NCBI RefSeq assembly: GCF_964204645.1
Contig: NC_134029.1
Span: 14,314,850-14,378,849, forward strand
Length of the DNA stretch: 64,000 bases
From: Tubulanus polymorphus
Taxonomy: Eukaryota; Animalia; Nemertea
Direction: 5' to 3'
This document shows, piece after piece, positions 23,102-34,005 of the stretch. The notes beneath the pieces are model-generated. The model ran no database searches. It was not told where the DNA came from and saw nothing but the letters and a program-made list of their open reading frames with translations. Made by a program: the position numbers and the translations under genes. The number at the start of each line of letters is the position of its first letter. Position 1 is the first letter of the stretch.

Positions 23102-25781
23102 TTGCCAGTTCTCCAAAATTGTAAAGCCAGGACTCACCATGTATCTATTCCCCCACAGCAGTATCCTTTTACAGTTCCCTCAGGCCTGTTCAATATGAGA
23201 GATTTCGAAGGGTATAAGGATACAACTGTAGGTAACAATGAAATCTACCATGTCATTGATGTTCCCAGAGATGGAAACTGTTTTTTTCATTGTATAAGCC
23301 TTGCAGTACATGGAGATTTTTCACAGCATCAATACTACCGCGTAAATATCGGTGATTTTATCATCCATAACTGGCCAGAATGGTATGCAAATGTAACTGA
23401 GTTTCATGCCCCTGATGTAAATATAAATAGCATCGACCACTTTAAGGACCGAATGATCAATTCTTCAGGCTGGGCAACAGCAGCTGAAATTGAAGCAGCT
23501 TCCATTCTGCTTTCTGTACATATCTCAATTTTTGTACATGGAATTATTTTAGGCAATGATGGAATAAGCCGAGTTGAAAATATATCCTTACAGTCTACCT
23601 ATGGCAGGGAATCCTTGAAAAACATTCAACTGCTTCTCAAGAACAACCATTTTCAGGTTCTATCCAATGCTCATGCGTTCAAACGACCCGCCCAGCTGGA
23701 ATCCATACCCGAAAAAATTCCTCGTACTTTGAGCCCAATCCCGAATGATCCTGAAATTCTTCCATCGAAACAGTTTGAAAGTGAACAGCCAGATTCAATG
23801 TCCCCTAAAAATACTCGAAATCAAAGTTCGCTTCTAGCCAATCAAAATGCATCTCCGGCCCATCCATTATATGACATCTGTGAAAACTATGCTAAAATGC
23901 CACCAGTGGTCCTGCACCATATCAAAGCATTTGAAACCGAGCAAATGTCCTATGATTTCAAACATTATAACATGTAATGAACGACATCTTGAAATGAAAA
24001 TGAACAAACAAATTCCAAATCAGTGCATAAGGTGTTCTAGAGATAAGGGTACTACCAAGTTATATCAAACCCAGGTCCAGTTCCGTTGGAATTAACAGCG
24101 TTGACATTGATTGAGCAGCAATTAATTTCTCGGTTAGCTCCAACTATGAATGTTCATCTGCTTAAGCACGGTGGGATCGCATCAACTGGCCACTGTGTCA
24201 CATTGCCACAAAATATCAATGAGCCCGCTCAAATTCTGCCAAAATTACCAGCTGAAATTAATACACTGAAGGTCAGAAAAATTGGCAAAGGTGGGACATC
24301 AAAGGAATTTAATGTGCGACGTACCATAGTAGAAAATGCTCTGAAATGGCTTAAATTCAACAATCCTGCATATCATGACATAACTATCAGTCAAGATCGG
24401 TTAGATCAACTGCCAATAGATGGTGAGATTCAAATTGAAACAGTTCGTGTTCAGGGATCCAAGTCCACATGTGATCGGGGACCAGCGTTACAACAAATCG
24501 ATCCATCTGATGTTGATGATGGTGCTGAAACAGTGTCAGGAGTGCTGCTCCCGGATCCTGGAATGGACGTGAGATTAGAAGTTGAAAAAATCATCCATGA
24601 AATAGTTGGTGAAACTCATGGAGATGTTACAAAAAAACAAACGCGGGAAAATAACAATTCCATGGCCAACCCGTGATTCTACACCAATTTCCGAGTCAGA
24701 ACCCAATACTTTTTTACTTTTTTACTTTTCCTTGTCTATATCCGTGGTCTACTGGTGACTTTCAAATCAACAAACCCCGCACTTTAACATCTCTTTCGGA
24801 TTGGGCGCAACATCTCATCTGGTACAGTGATGGCCGATTTGCTCGACACCAGTTCTTTAAATTTGTAGTACACAATATAATAGTTCGCAAACAAGCACTA
24901 GACCGCAGCAACTTTGTAATTAAGCAATCCCTTTGTGACCAACATCTGTCTGTTGGAGATCTGAAAAAGAAATTAGAAGAAGAAGGAGATCAATCTTTTG
25001 CAAAGAAAATACTGTACTTTTCATCTTCACTTCGTGGTACAGCTCAATATTGGAGTCAAAGGAGTAAAAAGCTACGTTCACTTGTTCAATACCAAGCTAA
25101 TGTCGGCAAAGGACTACCTTGCTTTTTTACAACGGGAAGTTTTGCAGAGTATCACTGTTAGCCACTACGAAAATTGCTTACAGAATATATCAGCCAAACA
25201 ACAGGATTGCAAGTGGATCTAAACAATCGAAACACATTATTCAAAGCCCTTCAAGAGCACTCACATATTGTTGGCCACTATTTCGATTTACGTACCACCA
25301 GCTACTTCAGGCATATCATGCGTCCTGTATTCGGAGTGGAAACATATTGGTATCGCCAAGAATTCGAGAAATGAAGAGGCATGATACATTGGCATGGTCT
25401 TTGCTGGCGTTCCGATTTAGAACCACACAACTTACTGTTTGATGCCAACCAGAACAATCTTTCGGATGATCAAGTTGCAGAGGTATCGTCGCTTTGGGCT
25501 GAAGAAAAATTCTCCATGACAGCCCAACATCCGGCAGGAAAAGACTGTCATGGACTGCCACGAAAAGATCTATGGCCTGCACCAGAAGTAACCTGTCCAC
25601 CCCCACCAGAGGAGTCTAATCCACTTGTTAAACTTTTGACTGACATTGCCATCAAGAAAGCCTTTTAGAGGATCATCTTTTACTCTGCAATAAGATCGAC
25701 ATCCATCGTTGTTCAGACTACTGTCTCAGACAAAAAAAATGGGAAAAAAACATGCGCATGGAGTTTGGATCTATAGATAAT
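23102..25781 (+). pseudogene. Helitron polyprotein 5' part: OTU protease, DUF6570-like region, HUH Rep
   Basis: VPRDGNCFFHCIS..GWAT..EI..NHF (OTU); LTLIEQQLISR..VRR..VENALKWLK.NNP.Y; FPCLYP..GD; FFTTGS.AE; WYRQEF..RGMIHWHGL (HUH motif). Confidence 0.85.
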
Positions 25782-26241
25782 AGTAATAGGGATAATGGGC
25801 TTTCAGATCAAAGGTCGAACGGTCGAGCTCGTAAAAAATGAAAAACATAAAAATAATAACAATTTCTACTTGAATTACTCGCAAAACTCATAAAAATGAA
25901 AAATAAATTCTCACACACTCGAATTTATTTTTCATTTTATAAGTTTCACTCCTAATTCAAGTAGAAATTGTAATTATTTTTATGTTTTTCATTTTTACTC
26001 ACCCGCCCGTTCAACCTTTAACCCGAAAGCCCATTATCCCTATTACTCTTAAAATATTCACATAAATGAATAACATTTAAATCATTGAACTTCTAAAATC
26101 AATTTTAATAAAAAATATAGTATTAAAATGGAAGCAAATAAGTACTACTGCCCAACATGTAATATCGATATAGATAAATCCCAAAAAGCAAGACACAATA
26201 AAACTAGAACACATTTAGAGAATAAATTGAAACTAGAATAT
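25782..26241. repeat. Mav2 left TIR; 25782-26047 is a 266 bp fold-back palindrome; the repeat extends into the first 38 codons of pPolB
   Basis: Reverse complement of 40843-41302 with few substitutions. Confidence 0.95.
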
Positions 26242-26400
26242 TTACAGTTATATTCAGAACAGTTAACAAAGGGAAAGAAATTTATTGAATTATGGAACAC
26301 TGATCCAAATAATGAACAATACGTTGAGGATACGATGTTTATACTAGAAAATGATTCTATTTTAGCCTATATACATTCAATGTACAGAGCTATAGAATAA
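26128..26400 (+). pseudogene. Chimeric ORF: pPolB N-terminal zinc finger joined to the C-terminal tail of an HNH gene
   Basis: MEANKYYCPTC..LKLEY is followed by LQLY..QL.K.K.F.ELWN..NEQYVE, the tail seen in both HNH ORFs. Confidence 0.75.
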
Positions 26401-27089
26401 ATCTATAAATTCACAGCTGTTGCAGTTGTTACTATAACGACGAGACATTATGACACGTCATAATCAGAAACGTGTAGAATATTCTAGAAAAGGCGCGCCG
26501 GAACTAGATGACGTGGCATAATCAACGACGTGTTCATTCTAGAAATCGCCCCGGAAATGGACATACGCTGTAATATTGTGCTCAGGATATTCTATCTTTC
26601 GAAACGAAATAAGGAGTTTATAGTATACAATTATAAATCTAAATGTAAGTACTGTTTGTTGTAGTTATTAGGGCTATTAAATATGAAACCTTTAGATATA
26701 TTTAAGCGTATTTAGTATATCTTTTAGATAGTTAGAGTTACCGCTAATATCTTTTAGATTAATAAAAAGTCATACACATCAAGAAGCGATAGAGAAACTC
26801 AAGATACTCTTTCTGCCTGAGGAATCAACAGCAATGGATATCGAACCAATAGAAATTAACACAAGAAACACCAAAAGATCAACGAAGAAACTATATAAGA
26901 ATTTCAAAAACATTCAGACTCCAATGATTAAGTTTAACATTTGTTAATGTAGTTAAATATTTATCAGCAATTGAAAAAATGTTTGTAATTATAAATTGTA
27001 TTTATAGAAATCAAATGATGTATTAGAAGAAATGACTGAACAACTTGTATAATGTATTGTGTAAATCTGATTTGTGAATTTTTATGTTC

Positions 27090-27412
27090 AGTCGTTTCTA
27101 TTATGTTTAACGCATGCGCATTAAGCAAAACCGACCATAAATGGCCGCATGTGACACATGTAACGCATGTGACGAGGGACATGAATGCGTTTGAATTTTC
27201 TACGTTCAGTTGTTTCTATTTTACAGAATTTATAGAATGAATATACAATTATGATTAACACATGTGCATTAAGCAAAACCGGCCATAAATGGCCGCATGT
27301 GACACATGTAGCGCATGTGTTGTTTCTATTTTACAGAATTTATAGAATGAATTTATAATTATGATTAACGCATGCGCATTAAGCAAAACCGGCCATAAAT
27401 GGCCGGCCGCTT
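27090..27412. repeat. Three imperfect tandem copies of a ~110-150 bp unit upstream of the HNH gene
   Basis: gcattaagcaaaaccg(a/g)ccataaatggccg recurs at about 27118, 27266 and 27376. Confidence 0.85.
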
Positions 27413-27544
27413 GTATTATTTAGATATCAAGGAATCGAAACAACTTATCAAAAGCAGCGAGGAATGAAAAAGGATGACGTTGGTCGAAGAAATGGAAGAG
27501 GATTATAAAATATTAACCAATTTTAATAAAAATATGTATAATAA

Positions 27545-28225
27545 ATGGAGCCGGAACAATCACAAGCTATAAATATAAACAATAAGAAATGTTCTAAATG
27601 TAAAATAAATAAACAACTCTCGGAATATTATAATTATAAAACTCAGAAAGATGGTAAGCAAAGTTATTGTAAAACTTGTAGTAAACTAAGTGACAAACAA
27701 AATTATAGAAATAATACCGAAACACGCAAAGATAAAAATAAGCAATGGAAAGAAAATCATTTAGAACATATTAAAGTGTATAATAGAAATTATCATAATG
27801 AAAAATATCATACAGATTTTAATTTTAAATTGAAACAATGTTTGAGATCTAAAGTATCAAAATTATTCAGTAAAGATAAACACTCAGAAACATTATCTAA
27901 TTTATTGGGTTGTTCAGATGAATTTCTCAAATCATGGATTATATTTCAATTCGATGATAAAATGAATATAGATAATTACGGGGATTATTACCATATTGAT
28001 CACGTGTTACCAATATCTAAATTTAACATGAACGATGAATACAATAAAAAACTTATTTGGAATTGGAAAAATTTAAGACCTTTAGAAAAGAAAGAAAATC
28101 AAATCAAATCTAATAAAATAGATTTACAGTTATATTTGAATCAACTGGAAAAAGTAAAAAAATTTATTGATTGGTGGAATTCAACACATAATGAACAATA
28201 CGTTGAGTCTTTAATGAGTGGTTAA
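27545..28225 (+). CDS. Zinc-ribbon + HNH-type endonuclease (giant-virus/phage-like)
   Basis: KKCSKC..DGKQSYCKTC; YHIDHVLPISKF..WKNLRPL..N..KSNK; intact 226 aa. Confidence 0.82.
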   Translation: MEPEQSQAININNKKCSKCKINKQLSEYYNYKTQKDGKQSYCKTCSKLSDKQNYRNNTETRKDKNKQWKENHLEHIKVYNRNYHNEKYHTDFNFKLKQCLRSKVSKLFSKDKHSETLSNLLGCSDEFLKSWIIFQFDDKMNIDNYGDYYHIDHVLPISKFNMNDEYNKKLIWNWKNLRPLEKKENQIKSNKIDLQLYLNQLEKVKKFIDWWNSTHNEQYVESLMSG

Positions 28226-28474
28226 AGAATAATAGATTTTAAATAAAAAGTATTTAAAAAACAATAACTTCAACTAGCTAGCGAATTCTATTATATTTTT
28301 AATATTTTCTTTTCAAAAAGAGAATACTTTATATTTTGAATAGATCCGAATAGAAATTCTTTAAATTCAAATAGCTAGTATCAGTAGTCAATACTAGAAT
28401 TCTTTAGCTTTAACTATCTAGTATCATTTGAAGAATACTTATAATACTATTCTTATTAAATTTCTCTAATATAA

Positions 28475-29059
28475 ATGTCAAAGAAATCTAATAAGAATAG
28501 TATTGATATTGAAAAAACATTAGATGATTTGGGTATTAGTGATAATAAAGATACAGTTGTTTCTAATTCTATAGATTATGAATACTATTTATATTGTAAG
28601 CATCATCTAGAACTATTGATTGCGAGTGGAAAAACTAAAGAGTTTATTGGTAAAACAATAACTTTTCAAGAATTAGATAATATGAATAAAGAAAAAGTAA
28701 TAAAATATTTTAAGATTTATGAAGAGGCAAGATTATCTAAAATAAATGATTCTATTTCGAATGGTATTGTCAAATGTTATTCAAAATTATGTAACCAGTT
28801 AATACCAATTGATGGTGAAAATAAATTATATAATGATTTGAAAAATGACTATTTAGTTATGACTGAATTACAAAAATGGGTTGGATATGCTTCATTCCAA
28901 TTAGGATCGGTTATGACATTAATTTCTACTGGTGTCATAACATTTTCGAACATCAAACCTATGGAATATAAATCAGGTAAGAACGAAACAGATGTACTAC
29001 AACCAAACAGTGAAACAGAAAATGAATCAGAACAAAAATTAACTAAAATAAATGAGTGA
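28475..29059 (+). CDS. Conserved viral hypothetical protein (194 aa)
   Basis: Intact; ortholog of 18554..19156. Confidence 0.75.
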   Translation: MSKKSNKNSIDIEKTLDDLGISDNKDTVVSNSIDYEYYLYCKHHLELLIASGKTKEFIGKTITFQELDNMNKEKVIKYFKIYEEARLSKINDSISNGIVKCYSKLCNQLIPIDGENKLYNDLKNDYLVMTELQKWVGYASFQLGSVMTLISTGVITFSNIKPMEYKSGKNETDVLQPNSETENESEQKLTKINE

Positions 29060-29438
29060 TGGAGTTAAGAAAAAGGCTAGATCCGAGAAACAAATTAAAT
29101 GGGCAAGAGAATTAGGTAAAAGATCATCAGAATTAAAAAAAGCTAAGAAAAAGAAATTAACTGATATAAATGAATCACCCGATGATGCCGTACGGCACCC
29201 ACACGGTAGTATTGATTCAAATAATAATCCATCTAATTCTTCTAATGCTGGAAGTAATTATAAATTATATATTACAATTGGATCAGTAACAATTATTATA
29301 TTATCCGGTGTAATATATAAATCAAAATTCAAATCTGACGATAAAGATGATCGGAAACTTAGTTATCCATGTACAGACAATAAACCACCAGAAAATAAAT
29401 CAAATGAAAATAAATCTAAAATATTATTAATGGATTAA
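29052..29438 (+). CDS. Basic protein with single TM segment (128 aa)
   Basis: Basic N-terminus, hydrophobic LYITIGSVTIIILSGVIY; homolog at ~57490..57853. Confidence 0.7.
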   Translation: MSDGVKKKARSEKQIKWARELGKRSSELKKAKKKKLTDINESPDDAVRHPHGSIDSNNNPSNSSNAGSNYKLYITIGSVTIIILSGVIYKSKFKSDDKDDRKLSYPCTDNKPPENKSNENKSKILLMD

Positions 29439-29444
29439 AATAGA

Positions 29445-30530
29445 ATGAAAAAAGAACAATATTTAAGAGATTTATATTATAACCCAGAAAGTGAAGTATC
29501 ATATTCTAACGTTTCAGAATTATGGGATAAAATTAAATCTGATAATGGTGGTATAAAATATAGTGAATTAAAATCATGGTTACAAAATCAACCCACATAT
29601 CAAATTCATAAAAAGATGGATAAAAAATATTTAACAAGAAAAGTAATGGTTTCATATATTGACCAACAATGGCAAGCTGATTTAATTGATATGAAAAACT
29701 TAGAAGAATATAACAAAGGATATTTTTGGATACTAAATGTTATAGACATATTCAGTAGATACGCATGGAGTATCCCGATTAAAAATAAAACTGGTATAGA
29801 AGTTACAAATTCTTTCAAATTAATATTTAAAGAAGCTATCCCAGATAAAATACAATTTGATGAAGGTAAAGAATTTTATAACAAACATTTTAAAAAACTA
29901 TTAACTGATAACGATGTAGAATATTTTTCAACACATTCAGATAAAAAAGCATCTGTTATAGAAAGATTTAATAAAACATTGAAAACTAGAATGTGGAAAT
30001 ATTTCACCGCTAATGAAACATACAAATATATCGATGTGTTAGATGATTTAGTTAAAGGTTATAATAATTCTAAACATAGTTCTATAAATATGAAACCTAT
30101 ACAAGCTAGAAAAGAAGAAAATTCAGAAATAGTTTGGAATAATTTATATGGAGCATTTGTTACACATGATTTTGGAGAACCTAAATTTAAAATAGGACAA
30201 CATGTTAGAATTTCTAAATATCGAAAAACATTTTATAAAGGTTATACTCCAAATTTTACTGAAGAAATATTTAAAATTAAAAAGATAATATTAACTAAAC
30301 CATTTGTTTATAAATTGTTTGATTTAAAAGATGAAGAAATATTAGGTTATTTTTATGAACAAGAATTATCATTAGTACCAAATCCAGATGAAATAGAATA
30401 CAAAATAGAAAAGGTATTAAAAACTAAAACATTACGCGGTAAGAAATATTCTCTGGTGAAATATAAAGGATATGATGATAAATTTAATGAATGGATTTTA
30501 TCTAGTAAAATTAAAAGAATAAATGAATAA
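29445..30530 (+). CDS. Retroviral-like (rve) integrase with C-terminal chromodomain, intact
   Basis: D(ADLID)-D(FDEGKEF)-E(IERFN) triad; YKIEKVLK..YSLVKYKGY....NEW chromo-like tail. Confidence 0.95.
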   Translation: MKKEQYLRDLYYNPESEVSYSNVSELWDKIKSDNGGIKYSELKSWLQNQPTYQIHKKMDKKYLTRKVMVSYIDQQWQADLIDMKNLEEYNKGYFWILNVIDIFSRYAWSIPIKNKTGIEVTNSFKLIFKEAIPDKIQFDEGKEFYNKHFKKLLTDNDVEYFSTHSDKKASVIERFNKTLKTRMWKYFTANETYKYIDVLDDLVKGYNNSKHSSINMKPIQARKEENSEIVWNNLYGAFVTHDFGEPKFKIGQHVRISKYRKTFYKGYTPNFTEEIFKIKKIILTKPFVYKLFDLKDEEILGYFYEQELSLVPNPDEIEYKIEKVLKTKTLRGKKYSLVKYKGYDDKFNEWILSSKIKRINE

Positions 30531-31134
30531 AGATTTATTTATATTTGAACCTCATAATATGTTAGTTACTGGTGTAACCAATTGTGGTAAAACACATTTC
30601 ATATTAGATTTGTTAGAAACTATTTATAAAAATCATTTTGATAATAAAATATTATTCTGCCCAACTTATGAAATGAATAAAACATATAATAGAGATATAG
30701 TTAAGATAAAAAAGTTTATTATATTAGATCCTAAAACAGTAAAAGAAAATTTAGATAATTGTATAAAAATAGCAATTGATACTTATAAAGGATCAAATAC
30801 ATTATTCATTGTAGATGATTGCGCAAATTTACATGATTCTAAAATTAGAGAAAGTGAGTTATGTTATTTAGCTTTCTCTGGTAGACATTTTGGGATAACA
30901 ACTTGGGTTTTAAATCAGAAATATAATTCAATTGTGAAAGATTTTAGAGAGAATATAAGATTTCTAGTTTTATTCTACAACAAAGATAGAAAATCTATGC
31001 AACAATCATTGGAAGAAAATCAAATTATACCTACTGAATTACACGATGAATATATGAATAAATTAAAGAATAATAAAGGTTCAAAATTATTACTGAGATT
31101 ACAATTTCCCTATGAATATAAATTTATAAAATAA
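30523..31134 (+). CDS. A32/FtsK-like packaging ATPase, intact
   Basis: GVTNCGKT, LFIVDD, SGRHFGITTWVLNQKY..RENI. Confidence 0.93.
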   Translation: MNKDLFIFEPHNMLVTGVTNCGKTHFILDLLETIYKNHFDNKILFCPTYEMNKTYNRDIVKIKKFIILDPKTVKENLDNCIKIAIDTYKGSNTLFIVDDCANLHDSKIRESELCYLAFSGRHFGITTWVLNQKYNSIVKDFRENIRFLVLFYNKDRKSMQQSLEENQIIPTELHDEYMNKLKNNKGSKLLLRLQFPYEYKFIK

Positions 31135-31150
31135 AATCCTAATTTGGAAT

Positions 31151-31516
31151 ATTATAGAAACTAATTTATATATCTATGTACTAGACGTACGAGTAAGAAA
31201 GTAAGATTCTTACCTTTTTACTTTCTTGGCAAGAATCTTGGATTCTTACGTACGTCTAGTCTATAGAAATATGAATTATTAAATGAAATATATAATAATG
31301 AATAAATCATATATTAAAACTATGATTATAATTTATGTTTATAATTTATATTTATAATTTATGTTTATAATTTATATTTATAATTTATATTTATAATTTA
31401 TGTTTATAATTTATGTTTATAATCTATGTTTATAATTTATATTTCTTGGTAAGGATTCTTGGATTCTTACTTTCTTACTCGTACGTCTAGTGCATAGATA
31501 TATAAATAGTTTTATA
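31151..31516. repeat. ~55 bp inverted repeat enclosing a 12 bp minisatellite (tttataatttat/g), between convergent genes
   Basis: tatatatctatgtactagacgtacgagtaagaaagtaaga (31167-31206) versus tcttactttcttactcgtacgtctagtgcatagatatata (31465-31504). Confidence 0.85.
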
Positions 31517-31540
31517 GATATATAAATAGTTTTATAATGA

Positions 31541-32704
31541 TTATTCTAATTTTGTTTCTAATACATTTATAAAATCATCTTCGTTTATATCAAATTCTCC
31601 ATAAGTCTTTGGTATATTTATTGAGTTTAGTCGAGCCATCATTAATCTATAATCAGTAGGCATATTAATTTTTTCTTTTATTTTTTCAAAGTTTTCATCA
31701 AAATCATAATAATAAAAATCAATATCATATCCAAAATTAATTATCAAATAAGTTGAATCTTTTCTTCTCAAATATAATAATTTATACATTTGTTCAAGAT
31801 TATCGTTTGCATAATCTAAAAATTTATGTAATAACAAATTATAGAATATATCATATTGGTTAATATTATAATCAAAATATTTGATAAATTCTAAAGGGTT
31901 ATTTAACAATGGTAACATACCCACTTTTTTATAAACATTAATTAGATGTAATTTTGATTTATAATGAATAATTTTATCAACAGGTTCAATTTCTTTATTA
32001 CAATAATCACATATTAATTCTTTTTCATTTTCTATGTGCCACTTAGATTTTTTATGTTTAGAAAAATTACTTTTAGAAATATCTAAATTACAAATGTTAC
32101 AATGTTTTTTAGAATCATCAATTATTTCATTATCTGTTATATCATTATCATTAGTTTCAATTGGGTTAACATTATTTATTACATTATCTGTTATATTATC
32201 TATGGTATCATTAGTTTCAATTAGGTTAACATTATCTTTTATATTACTAACTGATATATTATTATCATTATTATTCTTTTCTTTTTCTATATGTTTCTTT
32301 GATTTCTTATGTGATGCCCAATTTTTATATGATATATATTTCTTACATACATCACAATATTTTTGATTATAATTTTTTTTGGATTCAATATCATATGTAG
32401 AGGGTATATTATAAGATGTAGATGCTGTTACATCTTCTATTTTAGTTTCAATATTATTACTATCTTCTATTTTAGTTTCAATATTATCTTCTATTTTATA
32501 TTCAATATCATTCTTATCTTCTATTTTAGTTTCAATATTACTTTCTATTTTAGTTTCAATATTATCTTTTATTTTACTTATTCTATATTTGAATTGATTA
32601 AAGTAATCTCCAAAATACTTACTGTATTCATCATAAGGTAATATATAATATATATCTGATATCATTTCACTTGGAGTTTGTATTTCATATATTCCACCTT
32701 CCAT
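31541..32704 (-). CDS. Multi C2H2 (U1/matrin-like) zinc-finger protein with NIETKIED repeats
   Basis: YCDVC..HKKSKKH, HCNIC..HKKSKWH, ICDYC..HYKSKLH; intact 387 aa. Confidence 0.8.
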   Translation of the reverse strand: MEGGIYEIQTPSEMISDIYYILPYDEYSKYFGDYFNQFKYRISKIKDNIETKIESNIETKIEDKNDIEYKIEDNIETKIEDSNNIETKIEDVTASTSYNIPSTYDIESKKNYNQKYCDVCKKYISYKNWASHKKSKKHIEKEKNNNDNNISVSNIKDNVNLIETNDTIDNITDNVINNVNPIETNDNDITDNEIIDDSKKHCNICNLDISKSNFSKHKKSKWHIENEKELICDYCNKEIEPVDKIIHYKSKLHLINVYKKVGMLPLLNNPLEFIKYFDYNINQYDIFYNLLLHKFLDYANDNLEQMYKLLYLRRKDSTYLIINFGYDIDFYYYDFDENFEKIKEKINMPTDYRLMMARLNSINIPKTYGEFDINEDDFINVLETKLE

Positions 32705-32737
32705 TTAATATAATAAATTTTTATTAAAGTTAAAATT

Positions 32738-33985
32738 TTAATACATAACACTATCTAATTGTGAATTTACAATATTTAATTGCGCGTCAGATATAATATA
32801 AATGTGCATTTTAAAATTTTTGATTCCCTTTTTCTTTGTCATGAATAATTGTATTCCATCTTTTGTATTTTGTAGTTTTTTTCCAGAACCATGTAATGAA
32901 TTATCCTCTGTTGTTCTAAAATCTAACCATAATGCATATTTATTACCGGTATAATAATCAATTTGATTAATATTACAATCTTCAGATGATTTCACTTTTT
33001 CATTCATAAAATGTTTTTTAATTTCTACCCATTGATCAATCATTCTCATTCCTTGACAAAATATTTTATTCGCTATACCTTCAATAGTTATTTCTACTTT
33101 TGTTATTTCAGGATTATAATAATTATCAACATTTATTGCGCCATTAGTATACGTTCCAATGGTAAAAAATATTAATATACCTTTAATAGATCTTCTAGGG
33201 AAGTTAATATTCTCATTAATTATTTCATCATTTGCATTAATAGTTACAGTTTTAAATTTATCAATATAATCATATAATATTGAAAACCCTTGATTATATT
33301 TAGTTTGAATTATACTTGAAATATTTTCATCAGTTACTGTATCATATTCTAAACATATATTCGATAATTTATAACTCATATCTTTATTAACGCTAGATAA
33401 TACAATTTCATTTACAGGAGCAAATGTTATCTCAAATATAATATCTTCTTGAATTGCGTATTTATATAAAGGTGCATTATTATTTATCAATTCAAAGTCT
33501 AATGGAATTTTATATTTGCTTCCATATATACTTTTTATCAATTTATCTACATCATTTGTTAATATTGCGCTATTAGCTTCTGATCTTAATTTATTTTGGT
33601 TTTCTGATTGGATTCCTTGAAATATCATATTATTTCTATTTTCTTTAGTTAACCATAAATCTTTATAATGCATAAATAAATTATAATCATCTAATGAGAA
33701 AACTGTTTCTGGACCAATCTTTATTGTTAACTTTTTAATCAAATATCTTCCAACATTATCAACGACATAATTATTATTATTACCGATTACTTTTATATCA
33801 GCTGATAAATAAATACTGTTTGGAACATAAAAAGTATTTCGTGTTAATCGAGGGATTCTAACGTATAAAGTTTCATCGGGATTAATATTTGAAGGGTTAT
33901 GAGTAATTATATGATGTGATCTTTCTGCTTTAATAGCATTAGATATTCTATGATTCTTCGAAGGACTTATATAACTCCCACTCAT
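32738..33985 (-). CDS. Major capsid protein (double jelly roll), intact 415 aa
   Basis: Size, beta-rich pattern and strong conservation across all three elements (THNPS..P.ETLYVRIP.L, I.LEYDTV, YALW.D.R.T.DNSLHGSG), in Polinton context. Confidence 0.85.
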   Translation of the reverse strand: MSGSYISPSKNHRISNAIKAERSHHIITHNPSNINPDETLYVRIPRLTRNTFYVPNSIYLSADIKVIGNNNNYVVDNVGRYLIKKLTIKIGPETVFSLDDYNLFMHYKDLWLTKENRNNMIFQGIQSENQNKLRSEANSAILTNDVDKLIKSIYGSKYKIPLDFELINNNAPLYKYAIQEDIIFEITFAPVNEIVLSSVNKDMSYKLSNICLEYDTVTDENISSIIQTKYNQGFSILYDYIDKFKTVTINANDEIINENINFPRRSIKGILIFFTIGTYTNGAINVDNYYNPEITKVEITIEGIANKIFCQGMRMIDQWVEIKKHFMNEKVKSSEDCNINQIDYYTGNKYALWLDFRTTEDNSLHGSGKKLQNTKDGIQLFMTKKKGIKNFKMHIYIISDAQLNIVNSQLDSVMY

Positions 33986-34005
33986 TTATTTAACAAAAAA
34001 ATTAA

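Noticed and set aside
24673-25781. Helitron HUH Rep as the resolvase for the Maverick hairpin ends
   Set aside because: Only proximity supports it; Mav2 disrupts the Rep gene and has an integrase-type TSD.
25776-25796. Mav2 TSD gataat also occurs within its own terminus, hinting at homology-guided targeting
   Set aside because: A 6 bp AT-rich match is expected by chance, and the Mav1 and Mav3 TSDs do not show it.
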